From Squalus acanthias (lineage: Eukaryota): DNA of 64,000 nt. Where the stretch lies: assembly GCA_030390025.1 (NCBI GenBank), contig CM059433.1:24058001-24122000 (forward strand), read 5' to 3'. The notes below the pieces were generated by a model. The model was not told the origin of the DNA. It did not search any database and worked only from the letters and a program-made list of their open reading frames with translations. Positions within the stretch are counted from its first letter, which is position 1. The number at the start of each line of letters is the position of its first letter. The translations under genes and the position numbers were made by a program. Positions 29,647 through 40,435 of the stretch are shown here, piece by piece.

Positions 29647-32600
29647 ATGCTCTCCCTCACCGACGAGAGCCCACCCAGATCCCTCTTCCGCACGCTGTTC
29701 ATCCGCCAGCTCCCTCTCAGCATCCGCCCAGCGATCGTGGCGTCCGGCCTCACGAACCTGGAAGCCCTGGCCGATGAGGCCGACAAGCTGCTGTCCGCTC
29801 ACTCCAGCCGCGATGTCACTCCGGACCTGGCAGCCAATGCCTGGGCGCGCCCCTCACCGGCCACCACGCGGCCACAAGGACCAGCCACCAGGCCCACGGG
29901 GCCTTCGCGCCCCACTAACCTGGGCCACTGTTACTACCACGCACGGTTCGGCGCCAGGGCAGAACGGTGCACACCTCCCTGCTCTTTCAATTCCGCCCCC
30001 ATACCAGCCCCCGCGATGGCCGTGGGCCACGCGGGCTCCCTGCTGTATGTCACGGATAACAAAACCGGCCGCCGGTTCCTGTGCGACACTGGAGCTCAGC
30101 ACAGCATCATCCCGGCCTCCTCCCTCGACATCCAAAAGGGCGAACGAGGACCGGCGCTGGCTGCTGCTAATGGCTCGGAAATCCGGACGTACAGCACCCA
30201 GACAGTCACCCTAGACTTCGCTGGTCGCCGCTACCGATGGGAGTTCATCACTGCCAAGGTGCTCTCCCCTCTCATCGGCGCAGATTTCCTGTGCGCCCAC
30301 GGCCTACTGGTAGACATCCCTCGTCACCGCCTAGTAGACATGAACACCATGTCCCCCATCCTGGGCGCCATGGCCCCCCGTCAACCCGCCGACATGGCGT
30401 CACAGTGCCACGCCCGGGCCACGGATGACTACTCGGCACTCCTGGCCGAATTCCCGGCCCTTCCCAATCCGACCTTCTCCGCGGAGGCCGCCAAACACGG
30501 GGTGGAACACTTCATCCCCACCACAAGCCCCCCAGTGTACGCCCACGCCCGCAGGCTGGACCCAGCCAAACTGGAGATCGCGCGGACCGAGTTTGCCACC
30601 ATGGAACAGCTCGGCATCATCCGCCGCTCCAACAGTCCCTGGGCCGCCCCACTCCACATCGCCCCCAAACCAGGCGGGGGTTGGCGCCCCTGCGGGGATT
30701 ACCGCCGCCCCAACGACGCCACCACCCCTGATCGGTACCCCGTGCCGCACATCCAGGACTTCTCGGCTAGACTGGCCGGCCGCTCAGTCTTTTCCAAGGT
30801 CGACCTGGTGCGCGGCTACCACCAAGTCCCCGTCCACCCCGCGGACGTCCCCAAGACAGCCGTAATCACCCCCTTTGGCCTGTTCGAGTTCCTGCGGATG
30901 CCCTTCGGCCTCAAAAACGCGGCCCAGGCATTCCAACGGCTCATGGACTCGGTCCTTCGGGACCTGAAGTTCCTGTTCGTCTACCTGGACGACATCCTAG
31001 TAGCCAGTTCCTCCAAGCAGGAACACCTCGACCACCTTCGCATCCTGTTCGGGCGCCTCAGCAACCACGGGCTCATCCTCAGCCCAGCCAAATGCCAGTT
31101 CGGCCTGGACAAGAGCGACTTCCTCGGCCACCACATCACCCATGCTGGGGCCATTCCCCTGCCCACCAAGGTGCAGGCCGTCCAACAATTTCCCCGCCCC
31201 ACCACCATCAAAGGCCTCCAGGAGTTCCTCGGGATGGTGAATTTCTATAACCGCTTCATCCCCAAAGCGGCGTCCCTCATGAGGCCCCTGTATGAAGCCC
31301 TCCGGGGCAGGAGCGACAAGATGGCGGTCGAATGGACGGCAGACGCATCCGCCGCCTTCGACTCCACCAAGACCGCGCTCGCCAACGCCACCCTGCTCGC
31401 GCACCCACGGCCCAATGTCAGGGTAGCGCTCACCACGGACGCCTCCGACCACGCGGTTGGCGCTGTGTATGAGCAGTGGGTCGACGGCGCCTGGCAACCA
31501 CTTGCCTTCTTCAGCCACCAACTACGCCCCCCGGAGGTCAAGTACAGCACCTTCGACCGCGAGCTCCTCGCGCTGTTCCTGGCGGTCCGCCATTTTCGGT
31601 TTTTGCTTGATGGCCACCCCTTCACTACGTTTGTCGACCACAAGCCCCTGACATTCGCAATGGCAAAGACAACCGACCCCTGGTCCGCCAGGCAGCAGCG
31701 CCAGCTCGCGGCAGTGTCCGAGTTCACCACGGACATCCAACACGTCTCCGGCCGAGACAATGTGGTAGCCGACTGCCTCTCCCGCCCCGCCATCCACGCC
31801 GCACACCTGGCAGTCGACTACGCTCAACTCGCAGCAGACCAGATCACCGACCCTGATCTGCTCTCCGCACCTACCAACCTACCAGGGCTACGCCTGGCCG
31901 ACGTCGCCTGTGGCCCGACCGCAGTCACGGTCAAGTGTGACATATCCCTATGTCAACCTCGGCCCGTCGTCCCAGTGTCCTGGCGCCGCCGGATATTCGA
32001 CATTCTCCACAACCTCTCCCACCCCGGTGCCCGCGCATCCATCAAATTGGTAGCCAACCACTTTGTCTGGCGCGGCCTTCGCAAGGATGTGCATACTTGG
32101 GCCAACTCCTGCCTAGCCTGCCAACGGGCCAAGGTACAGCAACACACGAAAGCACCCCTCGAGGAGTTTACCGTCCCCTCGCGGAGATTCGACCACATCC
32201 ATGTGGACATCGTCGGGCCCCTGCCGCCGTCGCAAGGCCACACGCACTTGCTGACGATCGTTGACCGCACCACGCGCTGGCCCGAGGCAATTCCACTGAC
32301 CTCTACCACCACCGCCGACATCGCCAGAGCCTTCGTCAGCACCTGGGTCGCACGGTTCGGCCTCCCCTCCGACATGACGTCGGACAGAGGACCGCAATTT
32401 ACCTCTGAACTCTGGACCGCCGTCGCACACAATCTCGGGGTGACCATTCACCGCACCACAGCGTACCACCCCCAAGCCAACGGACTGTGTGAGCGGTTCC
32501 ACAGATCCTTGAAGGCATCTCTTCGAGCCAGCCTCCAGGACGGCGCCTGGACCGACCGACTTCCGTGGGTCCTCCTCGGCCTGCGCACCGCGGTTAAAGA

Positions 32601-33132
32601 AGACCTCCACGCATCGGCAGCAGAGCTCGTGCACGGTCAGCCGCTGCGCGTACCCGGCGAGTTCCTGCCCACCGCCACGACACCCTGGTCAGCCGACCAG
32701 CAACGCCACGACTTCGCCTCACCGGCGCTGCAGTTCGCCCCGGTGCCCATTGCCCGACACGGCAAATCCACCTCACACGTCCCACTAAGCCTGCACCAGG
32801 CACGGTTCGTTTTCGTCCGGCACGACGCCCACCGCGGACCCCTTCAACCCCCGTACGACGGGCCCTACAAGGTGCTACAGGCTGGGGACAAATTTTTCAC
32901 CCTGCAAGTGGGCGACAGGACCGAAAAAGTATCGGTTGACCGACTCAAGCCAGCACACTCGGAGCCCGGTGAGCAGGTCCCTGTAGCTCGTCCACCGCCA
33001 CGCGGCCGACCTGCCCTCAAGTCGGTTCACCCGGCAGCTCCACGCCCGGCCGTTACACGTCCACCGGCGTCCTACAAGAGCCGCTCCGGCCGGCCCATCA
33101 GACCGCCGCACCGTCTCGTGCACACCTCCTAA
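29647..33132 (+). CDS. pol: Gag C-terminus/Pol polyprotein (protease, RT, RNase H, integrase), 1161 aa
   Basis: CYYHARFGARAERCTPPC, FLCDTGA, YLDD, TDAS, HHCC (HNLSH..CLAC), DIVGP/SDRG/ERFH, GPY motif. Confidence 0.95.
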   Translation: MLSLTDESPPRSLFRTLFIRQLPLSIRPAIVASGLTNLEALADEADKLLSAHSSRDVTPDLAANAWARPSPATTRPQGPATRPTGPSRPTNLGHCYYHARFGARAERCTPPCSFNSAPIPAPAMAVGHAGSLLYVTDNKTGRRFLCDTGAQHSIIPASSLDIQKGERGPALAAANGSEIRTYSTQTVTLDFAGRRYRWEFITAKVLSPLIGADFLCAHGLLVDIPRHRLVDMNTMSPILGAMAPRQPADMASQCHARATDDYSALLAEFPALPNPTFSAEAAKHGVEHFIPTTSPPVYAHARRLDPAKLEIARTEFATMEQLGIIRRSNSPWAAPLHIAPKPGGGWRPCGDYRRPNDATTPDRYPVPHIQDFSARLAGRSVFSKVDLVRGYHQVPVHPADVPKTAVITPFGLFEFLRMPFGLKNAAQAFQRLMDSVLRDLKFLFVYLDDILVASSSKQEHLDHLRILFGRLSNHGLILSPAKCQFGLDKSDFLGHHITHAGAIPLPTKVQAVQQFPRPTTIKGLQEFLGMVNFYNRFIPKAASLMRPLYEALRGRSDKMAVEWTADASAAFDSTKTALANATLLAHPRPNVRVALTTDASDHAVGAVYEQWVDGAWQPLAFFSHQLRPPEVKYSTFDRELLALFLAVRHFRFLLDGHPFTTFVDHKPLTFAMAKTTDPWSARQQRQLAAVSEFTTDIQHVSGRDNVVADCLSRPAIHAAHLAVDYAQLAADQITDPDLLSAPTNLPGLRLADVACGPTAVTVKCDISLCQPRPVVPVSWRRRIFDILHNLSHPGARASIKLVANHFVWRGLRKDVHTWANSCLACQRAKVQQHTKAPLEEFTVPSRRFDHIHVDIVGPLPPSQGHTHLLTIVDRTTRWPEAIPLTSTTTADIARAFVSTWVARFGLPSDMTSDRGPQFTSELWTAVAHNLGVTIHRTTAYHPQANGLCERFHRSLKASLRASLQDGAWTDRLPWVLLGLRTAVKEDLHASAAELVHGQPLRVPGEFLPTATTPWSADQQRHDFASPALQFAPVPIARHGKSTSHVPLSLHQARFVFVRHDAHRGPLQPPYDGPYKVLQAGDKFFTLQVGDRTEKVSVDRLKPAHSEPGEQVPVARPPPRGRPALKSVHPAAPRPAVTRPPASYKSRSGRPIRPPHRLVHTS

Positions 33133-33140
33133 GCGGATTC

Positions 33141-33150
33141 TGGGGGGAGC
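33141..33150 (+). promoter_or_regulatory. Polypurine tract
   Basis: TGGGGGGAGC just upstream of the 3' LTR. Confidence 0.85.
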
Positions 33151-33152
33151 TG

Positions 33153-33381
33153 TGTGGCGGATCGCCACCTAAACGGGCATAATCCACTCTTCCGTCAGTG
33201 GACAATATATCGAGCACCTTGCCTTTAAGGCAGGAGAAAAGGGGCGGGGCCTCAGGATTTTTCCAGAGAATTCTGGGAGCAGTCTGTTCAGCCATTTTTG
33301 GACCTTGCAGTTGTATTAAAAAGCCTCTGTTTTTCCACACATGGATTCAGTCTTAATTCGTGTTTCGCGGCAGCCTCAACA
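33153..33381 (+). repeat. Gypsy 3' LTR (229 bp)
   Basis: Direct repeat of the 5' LTR with about 10 substitutions and a 4-nt indel. Confidence 0.96.
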
Positions 33382-34375
33382 ATATGTTGGATATTGTTTA
33401 TACTGTTCGATATAGTTTATACTGTTTGATACAGTTTATACTGTTGGATACAGTTATGCGGTTGCATATACTTTATATTGTTGGATATGCTTTATACTGC
33501 TGGATATATTTTATTCAGTTTGATATAGTTTATACTGTTGGATATAGTTTGTTCTGTTGGATATAGTTTCTACTGTTGGATATAGTTTCTACTGTTGGAT
33601 ATAGTTTATCCTGTTGGAATAGGTTATACTGTTGGATATAGTTTATACAGTTGGATATGGTTTATACTGTTTTATATAGTTTGTACTGTTCGTTATAGTC
33701 TATTCTGTTGGATATAGTTTATATTGTTGGATATAATTTATACTGCTGCATATTGTTAATACTGTTGGATATAGTTTATTCTGTTGGATATAATTTATAT
33801 GTTGGATATTGTTTATACTGTTGGATATAGTTTATACTGCTGAATATATTTTATTCAGTTTGATATAGTTTATACTGTTGGATATAGTTTATATTGTTTT
33901 ATATGGTTTATACTGTTGGATATAGTTTACACCGTTGGTTATAGTTCATACTGTTGGATATAGTTCATACTGTTGGATATAGTTTATTCTGTTGGATATA
34001 GTTTATATTGTTGGATATAATTTATACTGTTGGATATAGTTTATACTGTTGGAATAGCTCATACTGTTGCAATAGCTTATACTGTTGGATATAGTTTATT
34101 CTGTTGGATATAGTTTATTCTGTTGGATATAGTTTATATTGTTGGATATATTTTATACTGTTGGATATAGTTTATTCTGCTGGATATAGTTTATACTGTT
34201 GGCTAAAGTTTATACTGTTGGATATAGTTTATTCTGTTGGATATAATTTATACTGTTGGCTAAAGTTTATACTGTTGGATATAGTTTATTCTGTTGGATA
34301 TAATTTATACTGTTGGATATTGTTTATACTGTTGCATATAGTTTGTACTGTTGCATATAGTGTATACTGTTAAAT

Positions 34376-35837
34376 TGAAGGGATAATTACAAGTCCTAGC
34401 CTTTTCGGACTACCCCAGATCAGGCGTATTCCCCAGACGTTTACCTTCAACTAACGTTATTGGTAGCCGGATCCTATAAGATGCTTAATTGGTTCTAAAG
34501 GTCAGTCTACCGCTCCCTAAAGGAAAGAAATGGTCTAAAGATGTTACCGTCCTCCGGACAGTACTTTTAATAAGTTTAACTAGACTGTAACCTTCCGGAT
34601 ATTATGAGGGTCCGGAATACCCCCCAGAATTCTGCAACTCCTTTGTGAAGAGTGTACAGAAATTGAGTTCGCGAGTTTATACAGAAATACTCTTTGAGAC
34701 AATTCTAAAAATATATAGATTTATTAAGGAACCGACATTCAGTTAACATTTATTATGGCAATCGCAACATTAACCGTTCAAAATACAAATAGCTTACATT
34801 TCTTATCAGAGATCCTTATTCTCAAATCTTAACTTCGTTACATTTCCACACTTCTACTTATTTCTTAATCCAGAATATCCACCAAAATCAAATACCTTGA
34901 TTTCCCGAGACTCAAAGTTAAAAACTTACAGAGCATGTCTGTGAAGTTGAGAAACGCTTGTCTTCCCAGTGACTTCTGACTTTCCATTTGCAAAGCTCTT
35001 ATTTTTATTTTATTTTTTGTGGTCTATCCCTTGAAGTGTTCTGCTGATGTAAGATAATTGTTTTCAGTCATTCTTTGCTGACTTTGTTCTATTCTTTATT
35101 GTCATATCAGCTGTTAGCTTTTAGACTTGTCTCCTGTTTAGGTGTTTCCAAAATCATCATAAAAAACAATATGACAGTAGTATTTATTTGATGTGATTCT
35201 TAGGAAGTCTTTCTATTGAATTTCTAATATCACTTAACTACTTGTAAGCCAGACGTCGTGTCTCCTAACTATTCCATTTTCAATACAAACACAATGTAAT
35301 TGCTTGATGCATCCATTGAAGTAATATTTTCAAAGCCTTTCTGTAGGTATATTTTACAACTTGTAAACTGAAAACACTTCTCTTAGGGTGTTTACTTGTT
35401 TTCTTGCTATCTCAATTGGTTGCATATTTAATCATGTTTCCTGTTTCTAAGTTTAACATAAAACTATTTTACTTGATGCCATTTTTTCAAAGGCACTTGT
35501 TTTTTTTAATGTTCTGTGCACCTGTTCGACATGTTAGATTATAACACTTTACTTTCGTCATTCCATTGTTTTGGTTCCAATGTTCAGACATTCTGGAAGC
35601 ACCAATGGTTTGCTTCAATAGGGGCTTTGTCTCTGTATTTACAAACCAATTCCCATTTCAAAGCTTGTGTTCAAAGCTTTGTGTTAACAAACCATCTTAT
35701 ATCATAAGCCTGTATTTCTGTTTTATGGCCTGTGTCGCCGAGGCTTTTAGATTTTAACCCCAGTTTGTCATGTTTTAATATTATCAAATCTGTTTAAAGG
35801 ATGATGTATTTTTCTGAAAAATGGCTATTCCATTACA
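34376..35837 (-). mobile_element. Probable long solo LTR (1462 bp)
   Basis: Minus strand TGTAATGG...CCCTTCA; near-TSD AAAT/AGAT; removing it restores a normal monomer; AATAAA on the minus strand at 34720-34725; no coding signal. Confidence 0.65.
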
Positions 35838-35927
35838 AGATATACTTTATACTGTTGGATATATTTTATTCAGTTTGATATAGTTTATACTGTAGGATAT
35901 ACTTTATACTGTTGCATATATTTTATA

Positions 35928-36247
35928 TAAATTTAAAACAGAAATAGACAGTTTCCTAGAAGTAAAGGGCATTAAGGGTTACGGGGAGCAGGCAGGAATT
36001 TGGACATGAGTCTAGGTTTGGATCGGTCATGGCCCTGTGGGTAGTGGAGCGGGCCCAGGGACCGTGTAGCCTGATTCTGCTCCTATTTCGTGTGTGCAAT
36101 TCTGTTAGATGCAGGAGATGGTTCTGTGATAGTAGATAGTAGATTGGCGGTTAGGATCAGATCAGCCATGATCTTATTGAATGGCGGAGCAGGCTCGAGG
36201 GGCCGATTGGCCTACTCCTGCTCCTATTTCTTATGTTCTTATGTTCT
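35928..36247 (+). mobile_element. CR1 3' fragment with two tandem 3'UTR motifs
   Basis: Encodes FKTEIDSFLEVKGIKGYGEQAG; diverged stem-loop motif ~36020-36090, canonical motif ~36155-36230, (TTCTTATG)n tail. Confidence 0.85.
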
Positions 36248-36652
36248 TTATAATGTTGGATATAGTTGATACAGCTGGATATAGTTTACTCTGTTGGATA
36301 TAGTTTATTCTGTTGGATATAGTTTATTCTGTAGGATATAGTTTATACTGTTGGATATAGTTTATTCTGTTGGATATAGTTGATACTGTTGGATATAGTT
36401 TATTCTGTTGGATATAATTTATTCTGTTGAATATAGTTTATTCTGTTGGATATAATTTATTCTGTTGGATATAGTTGATACTGTTGGATATAGTTTATTC
36501 TGTTGGATATAGTTTATTCTGTTGGATATAGTTTATTCTGTTGGATATAGTTTATTCTGTTGGATATAGTTTATTCTGTTGGATATAGTTTATACTGTTG
36601 GATATAATTTATTCTGTTGGATATAGTTTATTCTGTTGGATATAGTTTATAC

Positions 36653-38317
36653 TGTAGAATTCGCAATATTATCGCGATTTTATAAATAAGGAGGAGACAC
36701 ATAGTTTCGTACAAACAGCTTTATTTCAGCAGAATGCTGTCAGGTTTTCAAAGTGGACACAAGCAGCCTGTAAAATGGCCGCCACGCCTCATGGCAGAAC
36801 ATTCTAGACTTTTCGATAAGCAGACAAGATGGCGTTCCAATAAACATTTGTGTGAGATCGTACAAGACTCAGCACATTTGAGATAGATCACAAGACATAA
36901 TGGGTTTGCATTTTACACATAAATACTGGAATCGGTCTCCCAGGTGCGAATAAGGGCTATTGTACAGAGCGATCAAGAACCCATCCAAAGACATTAATAT
37001 GCAAAATCCCCACGACTCTACGATGAGAGAGCCGTTTGCGGGTAGTTACAGAAACATTTGGAAGCCCCAAAAAACCCTCCAGGGAGAATACTGACCGGTT
37101 ACACAATGGGAGAAGTATTAACGGGTACTCAGGCAGTTACAAGTATCACCGAAACCCATTAAACGGAGATCACCCTATACAAGAAGTTTGAGCGCCAAAA
37201 CTCTGACAAAAGAAAAGACATTAAGATTGGGCGGGAAAAGAGGAATTACAGCACTATAACTGTAAAGGTACAACCGTCCATCTTTCTCTTGCCTCTTTGA
37301 CTCTTGCCGCTTGCTCTTGAGCTTGATCTTGACTCCTTGCCGCTCGACTTGCTGGAAGACTATTGAACTTTCTGATCCGCCAGGATCAACCTCGTGGCTT
37401 GCCGCGAAGATCTGTGTGGAACTGGGCTGTGAAGCCTTGAAACGGGCACACCATCCCGAGAAGTCGGTAAACGGTGTTGGAACCGAAGGCCCGAGATGAG
37501 ATGAGATGAGATGAGATGAGATGAAGACGACCATACGTATCGCCACGGTCAGTAAGCCCCGACCGCGCCTGTAGGTCGAATAAACACTTTCCTTGCCCAG
37601 GAAGATTATTCTTTGAATTTTACAAACTGGCATCGGAAGACCATTCTTCGAATTTTATCGCATCGGTCTGAGGGCACAGGAAGACTCTTTTTTGAGTAGT
37701 GTCGGAACTCCGAGGACAACACAGATCTTCATGACAGCAGACGGTCCAGCCTGCTAGCCGGAGCAGAAACGAGTAAACAAGTGGGGTACAGAGACCCCTG
37801 ATCAACACATGGGTGGTCAGGTGCTGCGGTAAAAACATCCGAGCAGAGTTTCGGAATTCTCCGAGTTATCACGAGTGGTGAGCATGAGTCTCGATCCTAC
37901 AAATCTAGTTTAGGCCAGGTGTTGATAGGGGAGGGTTTAAGTTTTAAGGATAATTGTAATGTGTGCCCCCTTTTACGATGTGTCGTGCGCTCCTCGTTTC
38001 CCTAAAATTAGTTACATAACTGCGTGTAAGATTGTACTGTCATTAATCTGTGCTTATGACATGTATTTCGTAATCTTGAATAATATGCAATAAAGATTTT
38101 CCATTTCGCACTATTCAACCGGGTCTACCTGAGTTTTCTCTGCATTATTGCTCTCGCATCTAAGTCCAGTGTCAGAACCGTAAGGGCGAGTGGGTCGAAC
38201 CACTCACCGGTGTCTAGTGCTACCAGGCTGGCTGGAGACCAGAACAGGCAACAAGGCCTAACCTCGCACTAGCACCCAGGCTACGCACAGAGCCTCAGGC
38301 GTGTCAAAACCCTTACA
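36653..38317 (+). mobile_element. Long solo LTR (1665 bp), ERV/Gypsy-type
   Basis: TGTA...TACA termini; perfect ATAC TSD (36649-36652, 38318-38321); AATAAA at 38089-38094. Strand is inferred. Confidence 0.85.
37493..37522 (+). repeat. (GAGAT)6 microsatellite inside the solo LTR
   Basis: Directly visible. Confidence 0.95.
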
Positions 38318-39904
38318 ATACTGTTGGATATAGTTTATACTGTTGGATATAATTTATACTGTTGGATATAATTTATACTGTTGGATATAGTTTATACTGT
38401 TGGATATAGTTTATACTGTTGGATATAATTTATACTGTTGGATATAGTTTATTCTGTTGGATATAGTTTATACTGTTCAATTTAGTTTATTCTGTTGGAT
38501 ATAGTTTATTCTGTTGGATATAGTTTATTCTGTTGGATATAGTTTATTCTGTTGGATATAGTTTATTCTGTTGGATATAGTTTATATTGTTGGATATAGT
38601 CTATTCTGTTGGATATAGGTTATACTGTTGGATATAGTTTATACTGTTGGATATAGTTTCTGCTGTTGGATATAGTTTATTCAGTTGGATATATTTTATT
38701 CTGTTGGATATAGGTTGTACTGTTGGATATAGTTTATAATGTTGGATATAATTTATACTGTTGGATATAGTTTATAATGTTCGATTTAGTTTATTCTGTT
38801 GGATATAATTTATATTGTTAGATATAGTTCATACTTTTGGATATAATTTATTCTGTTGGATATAGTTTATTCTGTTGGATATAGTTTACACATATCGATA
38901 TAGTTTGCACTGTTGTAATAGCTTATACTGTTGGATATTGCTTATACTATTGGATATAGCTTATACTGTTAGATATATCTGATACTGTTGGATATAGTTT
39001 GTACTGTTGGATATAATTTATACTGTTGGATATTGCTTATACTCTGAGAGGGCTTACACCACCAGCGCTTTATTGGCAAATACTTAACAGAACAGCAAGT
39101 TAAGTTGAATTACAACAATGCTAATAATAAGTTGACATAAAAGTAAAAATGTTCATTCACTAATGCCTCATACCACTGCCTTTATACTTTTTCAATTATG
39201 GTGAATAAACAGATTTGATTGTTTTGCTGATGGTTATTTTGGTGAAACTATTGGAATTTTACCATTCAGATAGAACCTTTGCTGTGCAGGGTTCAAAGGT
39301 TTAGCATTTCTCCCCTTTCCTTGTTGTCCGGATTTTTATTAAACATTTCTTTTTATTTGTGACTCCTGTTTTTATAGTAATATGATTTATTACAGATAAA
39401 CTAATTGAACATTATCTTTCTACAGGCATTTATTGATTCACAAAGTGAAAGAGCAGGTGTGCAAGCTGTAGTTTGTCACTGATCTGACAGCCTCTCTTTA
39501 AACCTCCTTGAAAACATCCTATAGTCCATCAGCATGATTCCAATTGCCATTTGTGGAAGTGAAAACCTTTCCATTGATTGATAGAAAACAATATGCTCGT
39601 AACAACAACCCTTCTTCAGGTTACATGTAACAGAATTTACACTTTCCTAAAATTTCAAACATTTAAATAGCCTAATGACTGGTTTTTGGTTACATTCTTC
39701 ATATTAACCTATTCAATTAATAATTCTTTAGGGTATACTGTTACAGCTTGCACCTGTTGAAACTCTAGTACAGAGGTTCATCTTTCCTGTAGGTCACCTA
39801 ACCTGTATTTTTGCGCAAAAACATTTGCAACTTTGTTATGATCTGCAGTCTGGAGCTTGCCCAGTGGACCCGGCTAAGCCCAACATATTGCAAACAGTGG
39901 AGGT

Positions 39905-40078
39905 AAAAATACAAGCTGGAAATGCCGGGAGAACAACAGAAATTGCTGGAAATGCACTGCAGGTCAAGCAGCATTTGAAAGACAAAGGTAACGTTGTGAC
40001 AGAGAGTCCGATCCAAAATATTGACCTATCTTTCTCTTTCAGGCGATGAGTAGCATTGCTCGCATTTCCTCGTTTTAT
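39905..40078. mobile_element. Decayed relative of the fold-back element at 60316-60854
   Basis: GCTGGAAAT..CAGAAATTGCTGGAAATGCACTGCAGGTCAAGCAGCATTTG..GTAACGTT resembles that element's arm. Confidence 0.6.
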
Positions 40079-40252
40079 GGTGCACTTGGTTCGATGATCC
40101 TTTAAAATGCAAATTAGTTTAGGGCAGCGAGAAAACTTTCATTTCTTTAAAAAAGCCATCAATGAGAAATGATCAGTTTTTAGCAGTTAAGTAGTTTCGT
40201 TACAATGGCAGATCTCCTGTTGAGATCCTCAAGGAGAGTCAGAGGAGATGCT

Positions 40253-40435
40253 AAAGAAAGAACTTGCATTTATGTAGTGCCTTTCACGTCCCCAGGACGT
40301 CCCAAAGTGCTTTCAAAGCCAATGAAATACTTCTTGTTGAAGCTTGTTGTTATGTAGGCAAACATGGCAACCAATATACTGAAGGTCTCACAACAGCAAA
40401 GAGATAAATGACCAGATAATATTTTAACATTGTTT
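40253..40435 (-). mobile_element. SacSINE1/DeuSINE-like 3' fragment
   Basis: AAAGAAAGAACTTGCATTTATGTAGTGCCTTTCAC tail shared with the other copies in the window. Confidence 0.75.

Larger units (their letters stand above)
29048..33381 (+). mobile_element. Full-length Ty3/Gypsy LTR retrotransposon, CsRn1 clade
   Basis: TG..CA LTRs; ATAT TSD (29044-29047, 33382-33385); Trp-tRNA-like PBS; PPT; CX2HX9CX3C knuckle; domain order PR-RT-RH-IN. Confidence 0.96.
1..39043. repeat. 19-bp tandem satellite array (GTTGGATATAGTTTATACT)n, interrupted by TE insertions; runs off the left edge of the window
   Basis: Monomer starts at 31, 50, etc. (period 19). HindIII-bearing variant (AAGCTT) at 1, 647, 1122, 1540, 1787, 2243, 2604, 2908, 3364, 4352, all spaced by multiples of 19. 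Array ends at ...GCTTATACT near 39043. Confidence 0.98.

Noticed and set aside
29553..33340. Many overlapping ORFs in the Gypsy element, including a possible env or antisense gene
   Set aside because: By-product of high GC; pol ends 20 bp before the 3' LTR, leaving no room for env.
1362..34373. Short hydrophobic 'MDIVYTVGYSLYCWI' ORFs
   Set aside because: They are translations of the 19-bp satellite wherever the recurring TAG is mutated; TTG starts and no protein signal.
34363..35845. Alternative boundary 34368-35840 with a TATAC TSD
   Set aside because: It gives a non-CA end and an irregular pre-insertion monomer; 34376-35837 restores the 19-bp phase.
37175..37838. ORFs within solo LTR B
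   Set aside because: No recognisable domain; one frame runs through a microsatellite.
1..39043. CRISPR-like reading of the repeats and HindIII cassettes
   Set aside because: No unique spacers, no cas genes, and a eukaryotic TE context.
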